Shown piece after piece: positions 9,158-18,713 of a DNA stretch of 64,000 nt. Positions within the stretch are counted from its first letter, which is position 1; every line of letters starts with the position of its first letter. Made by a program: the position numbers and the translations under genes. The notes under the pieces are model-generated. The model was not told the origin of the DNA. It did no database searches and worked only from the letters and a program-made list of their open reading frames with translations. Where the stretch lies: the NCBI GenBank assembly GCA_964626075.1, contig CAZVDD010000011.1, forward strand, positions 12,566-76,565. The letters run 5' to 3'. This DNA is from an uncultured bacterium. GTDB taxonomy: Bacteria; Hydrothermota; Tepidihabitantia; Tepidihabitantales; Tepidihabitantaceae.

Positions 9158-9994
9158 CTATCGGAAGCGGCGGGTAAGACGGAACAGAAGGATATAGGCG
9201 AAGGCGTTGATTACGAGGATGGAGATGATTAAGAGCAGGGCAGTGCCGTAGGCTCGGGGCATTGAGATACCCTCCCGGGCAAGGATATAGAAGTGAACTG
9301 CCATGGTACGTGCCGGGTCGAAAATTGAACGGGGCATGCGAAGGGATGAGCCGGCGGTGAATATTACCGCGGCCGTTTCAGCAACGCTCCTGCCCAAGCC
9401 GAGGATAATTCCGGTCAGGATGCCGGGCAGGGCATTGGGCAGTACGACATTGAGAATCGTCTGGGATTTTGTGCCTCCCAGCGAGTAACTGACTTCCCGA
9501 TAAGCATATGGTACGGTCCGAATCGCTTCTTCACTGGTGCGAATGATGGTCGGAAGAATCATCACGGCGAGGGTAAGGCTACCGGCAAGAATTGACCAAC
9601 CCATCTTCAGATAAATGACAAATAGGATGAACCCAAATAAGCCGAAGATAATTGAAGGAACACCAGCAAGGGCATCGGCGCCAAAACGAATAATCCGGGT
9701 CAGGGCTGATTCTCTGGTGTATTCGGTCAGATAGACGGCGGTGCCAACCCCGAGCGGCGTAGCGATGACAATGGCAAGGAGTGCAAGATAGATAGTGGCG
9801 ACAATTGTGGGCAGGATACCACCTTCTTTGCCCATCCGTTCCGGCATCCCGAAGAGAAACTCCGGCGTCAGGGTTGGCACACCTTTGGCGGTTATGTAAC
9901 CGATGATGAAGAAAAGGATTGTCAGGGTGAAGAGGGTAAGTAAGGCGAGGAGAAACCAGACGAGACGCTGAATTGTTAAGGGTCGGCGCTTCAT
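9158..9994 (-). CDS. pstA: Phosphate ABC permease PstA, second copy
   Basis: 278 aa polytopic permease homologous to the first pstA, with the same gene order. Confidence 0.85.
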   Translation of the reverse strand: MKRRPLTIQRLVWFLLALLTLFTLTILFFIIGYITAKGVPTLTPEFLFGMPERMGKEGGILPTIVATIYLALLAIVIATPLGVGTAVYLTEYTRESALTRIIRFGADALAGVPSIIFGLFGFILFVIYLKMGWSILAGSLTLAVMILPTIIRTSEEAIRTVPYAYREVSYSLGGTKSQTILNVVLPNALPGILTGIILGLGRSVAETAAVIFTAGSSLRMPRSIFDPARTMAVHFYILAREGISMPRAYGTALLLIISILVINAFAYILLFRLTRRFR

Positions 9995-10830
9995 ACCTTT
10001 TTTCGCAGGGCAAGTAGGGCAAAGGTGTTAAGAAGGGCGACGATGATGAAGAGGACGACGCCCGTGGCAAAGAGCGCCTCCTGATGGGTACCGGAGGCGT
10101 AGCCCATCTCGAGCGCGATGTTGGAGGTGAGAGTTCGGACCGGCTCAAGGGGCGATTTTGGTATGATAAGGGCGTTACCCGCAACCATAATGACCGCCAT
10201 CGTTTCACCGATTGCCCGGCCCATAGCGAGGATTAAACTGGCGATTATGCCACTTTTCGCAGCCGGCAAGGTTAGCCGATAGAGCGTCTGCCAGCGGGTG
10301 GCGCCAACCGCGAGCGAACCTTCCTTATAACTGAGTGGGACCGCGTTCAAAGCGTCAAGGGATATGGCGATGACAGTGGGTAGAATCATAATGCCGAGGA
10401 TGATGCCCGCGGCAAGAACGGAAAATCCCGGGCCACCGAGCGTTCTCCTAATTAGGGGTACCAAAACCAAAACGCCGATGAAGCCATAGACAACTGAAGG
10501 GATGCCAGCAAGGAGTTCGATCAGCGGTTTAAGGATACGGACGCTCCAGCGCGGGGCAAATTCGGCAAGGAACATCGCACAGGCAAGGCCCAGTGTGCCT
10601 CCCAGGATTAAGGCGAGCACGGTTACTTGCAGGGAGCCGACAATCATCGGCAATATCCCAAAGTGACCTCTGGTTGGCGCCCAGTTTGAAGAGAAAAGGA
10701 AGTTTGCCGGGCCAATTCGGAAGATGAGCGGCAGCCCTTCATAAAAGATAAAAAGGGCAATCAGGAACAAAGCGGTGACCGCGGAAAGGGCGCAGAGCAG
10801 TAAAATCTTTTCAAAAAGCTTTTCCCTCAT
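9991..10830 (-). CDS. pstC: Phosphate ABC permease PstC, second copy
   Basis: 279 aa permease with a 4-nt overlap with pstA2. Confidence 0.85.
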   Translation of the reverse strand: MREKLFEKILLLCALSAVTALFLIALFIFYEGLPLIFRIGPANFLFSSNWAPTRGHFGILPMIVGSLQVTVLALILGGTLGLACAMFLAEFAPRWSVRILKPLIELLAGIPSVVYGFIGVLVLVPLIRRTLGGPGFSVLAAGIILGIMILPTVIAISLDALNAVPLSYKEGSLAVGATRWQTLYRLTLPAAKSGIIASLILAMGRAIGETMAVIMVAGNALIIPKSPLEPVRTLTSNIALEMGYASGTHQEALFATGVVLFIIVALLNTFALLALRKKV

Positions 10831-11630
10831 GGCACCGCCTTAATCAATCCTTCATCCGCCAGCGTTTTCTGGCCCTCCGGACTCAATACAAAATCAAGAA
10901 AAGAACGGGCAAGGGCATCGGGCTCACCATTGGTGAGAAAAAGGAACCGCCGGGCAAGAGGGTAGGTATGAGCGACGATGGTTGATTCAGAAGGGGTGAT
11001 GCCGTTAACGGCTAAAGCGCTAACCCGCTCATCCACAAGCCCGAATGAGATGTAACCAATGGCGGATGGGTCCGAGGCAACAATTTCCCGCACCGCCCCA
11101 TTAGAGTCCTGAACAAGCGCATCCGCTGCGAAGTGTGCCCCGTGCATTACGATTTCTTCGAAACACCCCCTTGTGCCCGAACCTTCTTCGCGCGTGATGA
11201 CCGTGATTTTCTGGTCGGGACCACCCAGTGCGCGCCAGTTGCGAATTTTACCCGAGAAGACATCCTGTAACTGTTCAAGTGTGATGTTTCTCACCGGGTT
11301 ATGTTTATGAACAATCAGGACGATACCATCAAGGGCGATTGTCCACTGCTGAAGGTTTTGTTCCTCGGGCGTTAATGGTCGGGAGGACATACCGATGTCG
11401 CAGATACAATTCTGGACGGCGCGGATGCCGGCACTGGAACCGCCGCCCTGGACATTGATTTCGACCCCCGGGTGTTGCTGCATATATAGTTCAGCAAGGA
11501 GTTCGGCAAAAGGTTGAACCGAAGTTGAGCCAGCGATTGTCAGGCTGGTTTCGGCGCTGCGCCGGCAACCGGCAAAGGAAATAAAGATAACAGGAAACAG
11601 GGCGAAAAGTATGGTGATAAAGTTCCGCAC
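10827..11630 (-). CDS. pstS: Phosphate-binding lipoprotein PstS, second copy
   Basis: 267 aa with a GTG start and a lipobox (ISFAGC). It has PBP-fold phosphate-binding motifs (GSTSVQP, GGGSSAGI). Confidence 0.8.
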   Translation of the reverse strand: MRNFITILFALFPVIFISFAGCRRSAETSLTIAGSTSVQPFAELLAELYMQQHPGVEINVQGGGSSAGIRAVQNCICDIGMSSRPLTPEEQNLQQWTIALDGIVLIVHKHNPVRNITLEQLQDVFSGKIRNWRALGGPDQKITVITREEGSGTRGCFEEIVMHGAHFAADALVQDSNGAVREIVASDPSAIGYISFGLVDERVSALAVNGITPSESTIVAHTYPLARRFLFLTNGEPDALARSFLDFVLSPEGQKTLADEGLIKAVP

Positions 11631-11738
11631 CGGGTATTAAAAGTTAACGATTATTCGCTCTCGGTCAAGTTTGTATGTAAGAGAAGACAAAGCACAGTTT
11701 TTTGTTGACTGAGGGGCGATGTTCTGTATGCTTGAGCG

Positions 11739-12377
11739 ATGAAACCCGGGCAACTTTTTATCTGGTTTTCTGTAATTACCGCAGCGGTTTTTGCCGGTCC
11801 TGAAACGGTGTTAGGTGGTAACGCTGCAATTAGGGGCTGGGTAAAGTTACGGGAGCGGTATCTCGGGCTGAAGTCGCTCAGCGGCAGTTTTACTGAGAGA
11901 TTGGTGTCGGAGATGACAGGGGAAACAACCTTTTTTGCCGGCAGTTTTTACTTTCAGATGCCCAATCGATTTCGGCTGGAGGTCACCAAGCCGATGCGTC
12001 AGGTGATTGTGGGTAATGAATCGATTGTCTGGTTTTACCTTCCGGAGGAAAAACGGGCGGTGATGCAGAGGCGACAGGAACCCTTTCCTTTGCTGGCGTT
12101 TATTGCCCCGCTCCTCGATACAACCGGCACCATTACCGAACAGAGGTTGCCCGATGGCACAATGCTGCTCTTAATTCAAGATGAAGCCGGGGCGGTTTTC
12201 CGGGATATGAAACTGGAACTGGACAAAAGCGGCTCCAGGGTTGATGCCTTTTCGTTCGTTGACGACTGGGGCAATAGATGCCGATTTGTCTTGCAGAATC
12301 AAAGATGGAATCCGGTGCTCGGGCAGAAACTTTTCCGTTTTGTGCCGCCACCGGGCACCACAGTTGAGTACCAGTAA
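11739..12377 (+). CDS. LolA-like periplasmic lipoprotein carrier / outer-membrane lipoprotein-sorting protein
   Basis: 212 aa with a signal peptide. The SLSGSFTE motif and overall size resemble the LolA/LppX fold. This was not verified by search. Confidence 0.45.
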   Translation: MKPGQLFIWFSVITAAVFAGPETVLGGNAAIRGWVKLRERYLGLKSLSGSFTERLVSEMTGETTFFAGSFYFQMPNRFRLEVTKPMRQVIVGNESIVWFYLPEEKRAVMQRRQEPFPLLAFIAPLLDTTGTITEQRLPDGTMLLLIQDEAGAVFRDMKLELDKSGSRVDAFSFVDDWGNRCRFVLQNQRWNPVLGQKLFRFVPPPGTTVEYQ

Positions 12378-12772
12378 TGCCACGGCTCGAGAATCGGGAC
12401 ACCTGTTTTGCCTGTGGCAGGCAGAACCCTGATGGGTTGCAGTTGCCGATCAAGGTGGATGAAACGGGCGTCCGTTTTGAGAATTATGTCATTCCCCAGC
12501 GTTATGAGGGCTGGCACGGCATTGTTCACGGTGGAATTGTTGCCACACTTTTGGACGAGTTGATGGCCTGGTCGGTTAAACCTCGGGGGTACAACACCGT
12601 TACCGCGGAAATGACCGTGCGTTTTCGCAAACCGGTTCCGGTTGGCAAAGAGATTTCCGGCTCAGGCTGGATAACCGGTGAGGAGGGAAGAATTGTATAT
12701 GCCCGGAGCCGGCTTACGGACCGGGAAGGTGTCGTGCTGGCAGAGGCAACTGGCAAACTCTGGAAGGTGTAA
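12377..12772 (+). CDS. PaaI/YbgC-type hotdog-fold thioesterase
   Basis: 131 aa with the CFACGRQNPDGL motif followed by HGG, typical of PaaI-family thioesterases. Confidence 0.7.
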   Translation: MPRLENRDTCFACGRQNPDGLQLPIKVDETGVRFENYVIPQRYEGWHGIVHGGIVATLLDELMAWSVKPRGYNTVTAEMTVRFRKPVPVGKEISGSGWITGEEGRIVYARSRLTDREGVVLAEATGKLWKV

Positions 12773-12775
12773 ACG

Positions 12776-14008
12776 GTGCGGGCAGCGGTGGTGGCACTGG
12801 GCTGTCCGAAAAACCGGGTTGACTCCGAATATATCCTTGGTGCGCTTGTTGATGCGGGCTACGAACTAACAACAAATCCGCAGCAGGCAGACCTTATTGT
12901 TCTAACCACCTGTGCATTTCTCTCTTCGGCGGTACAGGAAAGTGAGGAGGCGATAAGGCGGCTGATGATTTTGAAGGAAAAAAATCACCAGGTTAAAATT
13001 TTTGTTGCCGGCTGTCTGGTAGAAAGGTATGGAAAAGGCTTAAGTAAAAGGTTTCCCGGCGTTGACCGGTGGTTAAATCTCAAAGAGATGAGCCAGATTT
13101 TTGCCGACAAAACAGCCCGGTTGGTTTCAACGCCAAGCCATTACGCCTATTTGAAGATTGCCGATGGGTGTGACAATCGGTGCAGTTACTGTTTAATTCC
13201 GAAAATTCGGGGTAGTTTTCATTCCCGACCGATTGAACAGGTTGTTGCCGAGGCTGAGGCGCTTGCCAGTGCCGGGGTTAAGGAGTTGATTCTTATCGCC
13301 CAGGACACCACCCTGTACGGTAAGGATATTTACGGTGCACCAGTACTGGCGCGTTTACTTACCAGACTGGAGCAGGTCAAAAAGGTACGCTGGATTCGGC
13401 TGATGTACACCCATCCGGCACATCTTCAGGAGGATGTGATTGAGCAGCTCGGCTCAAATTCTAAACTCTGCCGTTACATAGACCTGCCAGTTCAGCACAT
13501 ATCAGACCAGATGTTGCGCCTGATGAATCGGGGTTACACCAGAAAGGATGTGGAACAACTGCTCAACCGGTTAAGGAAGGTTCCTGAAATGCGGGTGCGA
13601 ACCACCGTCATCACCGGTTTTCCCGGTGAAACGGAAGCGGAGTTTGAGGAACTTTTGCGTTTTATCAAGGAGGCGCAGTTTGACCGACTGTCTGGCTATG
13701 CCTTTTCCCCTGAACCCGGAACCAAGGCGTTTGCAATGTCAGCGCAGATTGATAAACAAACCGCACAGTTGCGGTTGCATCGGATTTTGAAACTACAGGC
13801 GCAACTGTCGCGTGCCCGACTGAAATCGATGGTGGGACAGAATGTGGTGGTGCTGGTAGATTTCCCCAATGAAGGCAGAACCGAATGGGACGCACCGGAA
13901 ATTGATGGGGTGGTGCGTTTGCAGTACAAAAGGGCTTGCCCGGGAAAATTTATCAAGGTCAAAATTGTTGGTAGTTCCACCTACGATTTGATTGCCGATG
14001 AGGTTTGA
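12776..14008 (+). CDS. rimO: Radical-SAM methylthiotransferase, RimO-like (ribosomal protein S12 methylthiotransferase)
   Basis: The N-terminal MTTase domain has LGCPKN. The radical SAM motif is CDNRCSYC. There is a C-terminal TRAM-like domain. The length is 410 aa. Confidence 0.7.
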   Translation: MRAAVVALGCPKNRVDSEYILGALVDAGYELTTNPQQADLIVLTTCAFLSSAVQESEEAIRRLMILKEKNHQVKIFVAGCLVERYGKGLSKRFPGVDRWLNLKEMSQIFADKTARLVSTPSHYAYLKIADGCDNRCSYCLIPKIRGSFHSRPIEQVVAEAEALASAGVKELILIAQDTTLYGKDIYGAPVLARLLTRLEQVKKVRWIRLMYTHPAHLQEDVIEQLGSNSKLCRYIDLPVQHISDQMLRLMNRGYTRKDVEQLLNRLRKVPEMRVRTTVITGFPGETEAEFEELLRFIKEAQFDRLSGYAFSPEPGTKAFAMSAQIDKQTAQLRLHRILKLQAQLSRARLKSMVGQNVVVLVDFPNEGRTEWDAPEIDGVVRLQYKRACPGKFIKVKIVGSSTYDLIADEV

Positions 14009-14355
14009 CCGTCTTCGGGCACTTGGTAAAAATCGTTAATTCAATTCCGTTTCCGGCTCGAATAGTTTGCCAAAGAAAAACCGCATAAGTAATGGACAGT
14101 TTATAGAATAAAGTTGATACCGCGGATGGCAGGTTGATTGGTGAGCTGGCACGGAATCAATTTGCCCTGGGTTTGTATCGGCTTGTTTTACCAGATAAAA
14201 GGGCGGCAGGGGTATAAATGGTGTGCGCGATGCTCGGGAAACAACGGTGGATTGGAAAGGTAGTTAGGTATTAAATGAGGGCGCGATCAATGAATTGAAA
14301 AATATTTTTGCTAATTTAAAGTTAACAGTTCGCCCTGAAAAATGGATTTTGATGG

Positions 14356-14383
14356 TTGACTTTTTTGGGATGTTGGTTATAAT
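14356..14383 (+). promoter_or_regulatory. Sigma70-type promoter: TTGACT, 16-nt spacer, TATAAT
   Basis: TTGACT lies at about 14356 and TATAAT at about 14378. An AGGAGG RBS lies at about 14391 and a GTG start at about 14402. Confidence 0.55.
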
Positions 14384-14401
14384 GCAAAAAAGGAGGTGTT
14401 T

Positions 14402-15742
14402 GTGAAGGCGTTTTGGGTTTGTCTGTTAGGGGTGCTTGTCATCCCGGTGTTTGCCGAGTATGAATTCGGTTGCATCTGTTCAACCAATGCGGCTCATGCC
14501 ACTGGACCAAGCAACAGCCATAAACTCGCCTACCGCTCCGAGTTAATCAATCCTGACCGCGATACCGTAACCCTGATTTTTCAATCTGCGGAAAGTATTT
14601 ACATAGCAACTTCGGGCAACGGGAGTTCACCCTGGTCAAGACCCCAGGCGCTGTATCCAGGACAAAATCCCGGGATAACCTGGGGAAGGAGTGGACACCG
14701 GCATCTGGTCTGGGAGATGGTGGATACAGCATCAGGAGTGCGGAATATCTTTTACCGTAACCTTGAGTACCGGATGATGCCGATCAATGTCAGTCAGGGT
14801 ACAGTTGCTTGTTCTCATCCCGATGTTTACGGCGATTCTTTCCGTATGGCACATATTGTATGGCAAGAGGGTGGAGAAATCTGGTATCGTCGGGCAACTG
14901 AGAGTGGCGTTATTGGCGAACGATTCTGTGTATCCGGATATGCGGGCGTGGCTTGTGACTGGCCCGCGATTGAGGAGTTTAACGATGGCATTTCTGTCGT
15001 CTGGCAAATGTTTGACTCACAGACAGGTGTTTACCGGATAATGCAGCGCCGGCAGGTTGGTGGGATGTGGCAGCCCGAGCAGGTTTTAATGGAGAGCACT
15101 GACCCGCTGCGCCATCCTTCGGTTGATTTCAGTACGGGCGGCGAATCATTTTCGGCGGGCTGGGAGGTGAGCGTCGGCACAAACTTCGAAGTCCATTTTC
15201 ACGGAGGTAACGGTGGTGGTTATCCGACTCCGGGCAGTTCAACCGCGCCGGTGCTGACAACAATGGGTACGGTATGGTCTTATCTTTTCTGGGAGGAGGA
15301 TTCCCTCGGTACAAAGGATATTTTCACCCATTTTTACTACTTTATGACCGGCTGGAGCAGAAGTTCAATACGCAATATCTTTTCTATTGCCGAGCCGGTT
15401 TTTTCACCCAACTGTTTAGGTGCGCTGCTGGTCTGGACTCAGGGCGATGCCCCGCCTTACAAGGTGATGTGGGGGTTTTTCGATTATCCGATTGCGGCTG
15501 AAGAGCAAACGACGACTAACGCCAAACCGGCCCCGCCAATTCCAACAGTTGTCCGGAATGTAATTTTCCTTCAGGCGGCGGTGAACTCCGGGTGGGTGCA
15601 GGGAGGTTTGTTTGACCGTACCGGTAGAAAGGTTATGGACCTTAAAGCCGGTGCGAACGATGTTGCCCATCTGACTCCCGGGGTGTATTTTGTTCATCAA
15701 GCACAAAGGCAGGAATTGCGTAAGGTAATTATCACAAATTAA
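14402..15742 (+). CDS. Secreted protein with a T9SS (Por) C-terminal sorting domain
   Basis: It has a signal peptide. The C-terminus ...GGLFDRTGRKVMDLKAGANDVAHLTPGVYFVHQAQRQELRKVIITN matches the Por_Secre_tail / FlgD-Ig-like pattern. It is preceded by a near-consensus promoter. Confidence 0.6.
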   Translation: MKAFWVCLLGVLVIPVFAEYEFGCICSTNAAHATGPSNSHKLAYRSELINPDRDTVTLIFQSAESIYIATSGNGSSPWSRPQALYPGQNPGITWGRSGHRHLVWEMVDTASGVRNIFYRNLEYRMMPINVSQGTVACSHPDVYGDSFRMAHIVWQEGGEIWYRRATESGVIGERFCVSGYAGVACDWPAIEEFNDGISVVWQMFDSQTGVYRIMQRRQVGGMWQPEQVLMESTDPLRHPSVDFSTGGESFSAGWEVSVGTNFEVHFHGGNGGGYPTPGSSTAPVLTTMGTVWSYLFWEEDSLGTKDIFTHFYYFMTGWSRSSIRNIFSIAEPVFSPNCLGALLVWTQGDAPPYKVMWGFFDYPIAAEEQTTTNAKPAPPIPTVVRNVIFLQAAVNSGWVQGGLFDRTGRKVMDLKAGANDVAHLTPGVYFVHQAQRQELRKVIITN

Positions 15743-15772
15743 ATTGCGAAGCGATTAGTTTAACAGCCGGAA

Positions 15773-16852
15773 CTACAGTTTTGTTTCCAATTGAGGGGTG
15801 TTCAGCGCTGAGCGGACAAGTTCGGCGATTTTTGGGCCTCCATTGATTGGGTATTTGTTCCAGCCGGCATGCGCCATCTGAAGGAGTTTGCCCTGAGTCC
15901 GTAAGGTTAAAATATAAGAGCCGAACTTTGCCGGGTCTTCAAGGGGCAGACAGACGCCCTGGTTTTCGGCAAACTGGAAGTTCAACGGAGCAAATGGCCC
16001 GATGTGAGGCAAAAGGGCAAACATCGGTAGTCCCAAGCCCACTGCCCAGTTGGTTCGTTCGTCTGTTGCGGCAACGAAAAGGTCAATTTGGGGTAGAAGT
16101 TGGGCGGTTGCGGTTGCCTCTTCTGAATATGAGGGGAAAACATACACCGGGCAGTTGATTTTTTTCTTAAATAGCCGGGCGGTTTTGTAATCAACGCCGC
16201 AGAAGATAAAGGGGCGCAATCGGGCGTTGAGAACGGAGCGGGCGGCAGTTAGGATTGCTTTGATGTGGGGTCGGGGTGAGGCGCCGGAGAGGAAAAAGCC
16301 GATGTTAAGAGGTTCGTGGGAGGCGATACGCTGGAGTCGCGATTGAAAACCGGTTTCGGCAACTTTAAGTAGTTCGGGTTCAATAACCAGTCCGGTTACA
16401 GACACAGCATCGGGGTTAACGCCAAAGGCGATGAGTCTCTCGGCGGTGTTTTGTATCGGAACAAAGATGAAGCGAGCATTGGGGATGGCACAAACAGGCG
16501 GTGCCGCGATTTCGCCGTGGAGGTAGGCAACCGGACAGTACGGGGCGAGCAAATGGCTAACAAGCGGATGGTCAGTGAAGACCATACCACGGGTGTTTTT
16601 TAACCGGTTTAATTCCGGAGATTGAAGAGACCAAAGGATTAGTCGGCTCGGTTTTTTCCCTGCCCGCAAGCGGTTGTAAAGAACGGTATAGATGCCGCCG
16701 CAACCTCCCAACAGGTAGAGCCGCCGGGCGATTTGCCATCCCATGCCCGTTGCTTTAACTATGGGAACATCAGGCAGATAGGTGAGGACCGAACGGAGAT
16801 ACTCGGGATGGCCGCGGCCGATACCGGCGGTTACGGCAACAAGTTCAGTCAT
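15773..16852 (-). CDS. Hypothetical protein, possibly a GT-B-fold (GT28/MGDG-synthase-like) glycosyltransferase
   Basis: 359-aa ORF with the N-terminal motif AGIGRGH. It is divergent from the ABC exporter pair. The function is not established from sequence. Confidence 0.4.
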   Translation of the reverse strand: MTELVAVTAGIGRGHPEYLRSVLTYLPDVPIVKATGMGWQIARRLYLLGGCGGIYTVLYNRLRAGKKPSRLILWSLQSPELNRLKNTRGMVFTDHPLVSHLLAPYCPVAYLHGEIAAPPVCAIPNARFIFVPIQNTAERLIAFGVNPDAVSVTGLVIEPELLKVAETGFQSRLQRIASHEPLNIGFFLSGASPRPHIKAILTAARSVLNARLRPFIFCGVDYKTARLFKKKINCPVYVFPSYSEEATATAQLLPQIDLFVAATDERTNWAVGLGLPMFALLPHIGPFAPLNFQFAENQGVCLPLEDPAKFGSYILTLRTQGKLLQMAHAGWNKYPINGGPKIAELVRSALNTPQLETKL

Positions 16853-16934
16853 ACTAACAGGATATTGAAAAGTGAGATGATGGTCAAAGTGTTATATGGA
16901 CAGGTAGACTTTTTTCAGTAATAATACCCTTCTT

Positions 16935-18713
16935 ATGTGGTTCGGTGATTTTGACCTGGCCGAAGAAGAGACAAAACCTCGAGGCCGAGCATTAGATTAT
17001 CTGCGCCGGCTTTGGCCCTTTTTCTCTCCTTATCGGGGGCGGATCGTCGCCGCCGGGATTTTACTACTGGTTGCCAGCGGACTGGGTCTGATCGGGCCGA
17101 TTCTCTTCCGGCGCGCGATTGATGTCAATTTAACTCAGGGTGATTTAAAGGGTCTGGCGCTGACCTCGTTTGGCTATCTTTTAACGCAGGTGGCGATAAT
17201 CTTTGCCACTTATTTTCAGATGGTGTGGCTTGCCTATGTCGGAGAAAGGGGCGCCGCTAATTTAAAGGAAACGCTTTTTGCGCACATCCTTAAATTACCG
17301 ATGCGGTTTTTTGACCGGATGCCGAGCGGTAAGTTGATTTCCCGAGTGGAGAGCGATACCGAGGCGTTGAAGATGGTTTTTACCCGGACTTCAGTGCTGA
17401 TGGTGCAGAGTCTTTTGATGGTTGTGGGGATGAGTGTGGTGATGGCGGTAATTGACTGGCGTTTGTTTCTTTTCGTTGCAGCGTTGCTGCCCCCTTTCGT
17501 CGTTGCGTTCTGGTTGTTTCAAAAGAAGGTGCGGCCCATCTATATCGGTGTGCGCCGGACCGTGGCGGACATCAACAATTTAATCCTTGAGACATTAAAG
17601 GGGTTGCCGGTAGTTCAAGTTTTTTGTCAGGAGCGGCGTTTCGCCCAGAAGATGGACGACTTGAACCGGCTGAAGTTCCGCCAAGAGTTGCGAGCGCAAT
17701 GGCTCTGGTATCTGGTGTGGTTTCTGGTTGATTTCGGGGAAGTGGCGGGGATTGTTTTGGTGTTGAGCGTCGGCGGGGTCTGGGCGCTCAAAGGTGGATT
17801 GACGATTGGTACCCTGGTGCTTTTTGTTTCGTACATCAGCCGGCTTTTCGCTCCGGTGCGGTCGATATCAGACCAAATCAATATGTTGCAGCGGGCACTG
17901 GCTTCAGCCGAACGGACGATTGAGATTCTTGACCAGGAAATGGAACCAAAAGGAAAGGTGAAAGATGTTCGGCATTTAAAGGAGGGGTTGGTTTTTCAGG
18001 GGGTGAGTTTTGCCTACGATGAGGAGTTTGTCCTCAAAGGGGTCAATCTGAAGATTTGCAAAGGGGAAAAGGTGGCACTGGTTGGGGAGACGGGTGGGGG
18101 AAAAACCTCAATTGTAAATCTGCTTTTGAAGTTTTATGCGCCCCAAATGGGCAAAATAATCTTTGACGGAGTTGATTTGAGTGAGATTGACCAACAAGCG
18201 CTGCGCCGGTTGATAGGGTTTGTGCCGCAGGAGGTGGTGGTGTTTCCGGGTACGGTTATGGACAATCTGCGGATGTTCGATGACACGATTCCCGCCGAGG
18301 AGGTGAAAAGAGCAGCAGCACGGGTGCGGATCGATGAGGTCATCAAGCGGTTCCCGAATGGTTACGATACGGTGCTTGCCGAAGGCGGGGTAAACTTTTC
18401 TCTGGGCGAAAGACAACTTTTAGCCTTTGCCCGGGCGCTGGTGCGGAATCCGGAACTTTTGATTCTGGATGAGGCGACATCGTCGGTTGACCCGCAAACT
18501 GAGGCGTTGATTCAGGAAGGTTTACGGGAGCTGCTCGCAGGCCGGACCGCGATTATCGTTGCACATCGGTTGGCAACTGTGCAGATGGCGGACCGAATTG
18601 TTGTTGTCCACCGGGGACAAATCGCTGAGGAGGGCAGCCATGAGGAACTACTGGCGCGGGGCGGGGTTTATTCGCGGCTTTATCGGTTGCAGTTTGTGCC
18701 GGAGGAAGGTTAA
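16935..18713 (+). CDS. ABC exporter half-transporter (TMD-NBD), the degenerate-signature partner
   Basis: Six-TM domain plus NBD. Walker A GETGGGKTS, Walker B LILDEAT and H-loop AHRL are canonical. The signature is FSLGERQ rather than LSGGQ. Confidence 0.85.
   Translation: MWFGDFDLAEEETKPRGRALDYLRRLWPFFSPYRGRIVAAGILLLVASGLGLIGPILFRRAIDVNLTQGDLKGLALTSFGYLLTQVAIIFATYFQMVWLAYVGERGAANLKETLFAHILKLPMRFFDRMPSGKLISRVESDTEALKMVFTRTSVLMVQSLLMVVGMSVVMAVIDWRLFLFVAALLPPFVVAFWLFQKKVRPIYIGVRRTVADINNLILETLKGLPVVQVFCQERRFAQKMDDLNRLKFRQELRAQWLWYLVWFLVDFGEVAGIVLVLSVGGVWALKGGLTIGTLVLFVSYISRLFAPVRSISDQINMLQRALASAERTIEILDQEMEPKGKVKDVRHLKEGLVFQGVSFAYDEEFVLKGVNLKICKGEKVALVGETGGGKTSIVNLLLKFYAPQMGKIIFDGVDLSEIDQQALRRLIGFVPQEVVVFPGTVMDNLRMFDDTIPAEEVKRAAARVRIDEVIKRFPNGYDTVLAEGGVNFSLGERQLLAFARALVRNPELLILDEATSSVDPQTEALIQEGLRELLAGRTAIIVAHRLATVQMADRIVVVHRGQIAEEGSHEELLARGGVYSRLYRLQFVPEEG

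Noticed and set aside
9579-10208. 209-aa minus-strand ORF rich in Arg/Ser/Pro, overlapping pstA2 and pstC2 in another frame
   Set aside because: It lies entirely inside two well-supported permease genes and has low-complexity composition typical of a GC-rich alternate frame. It has no motifs.
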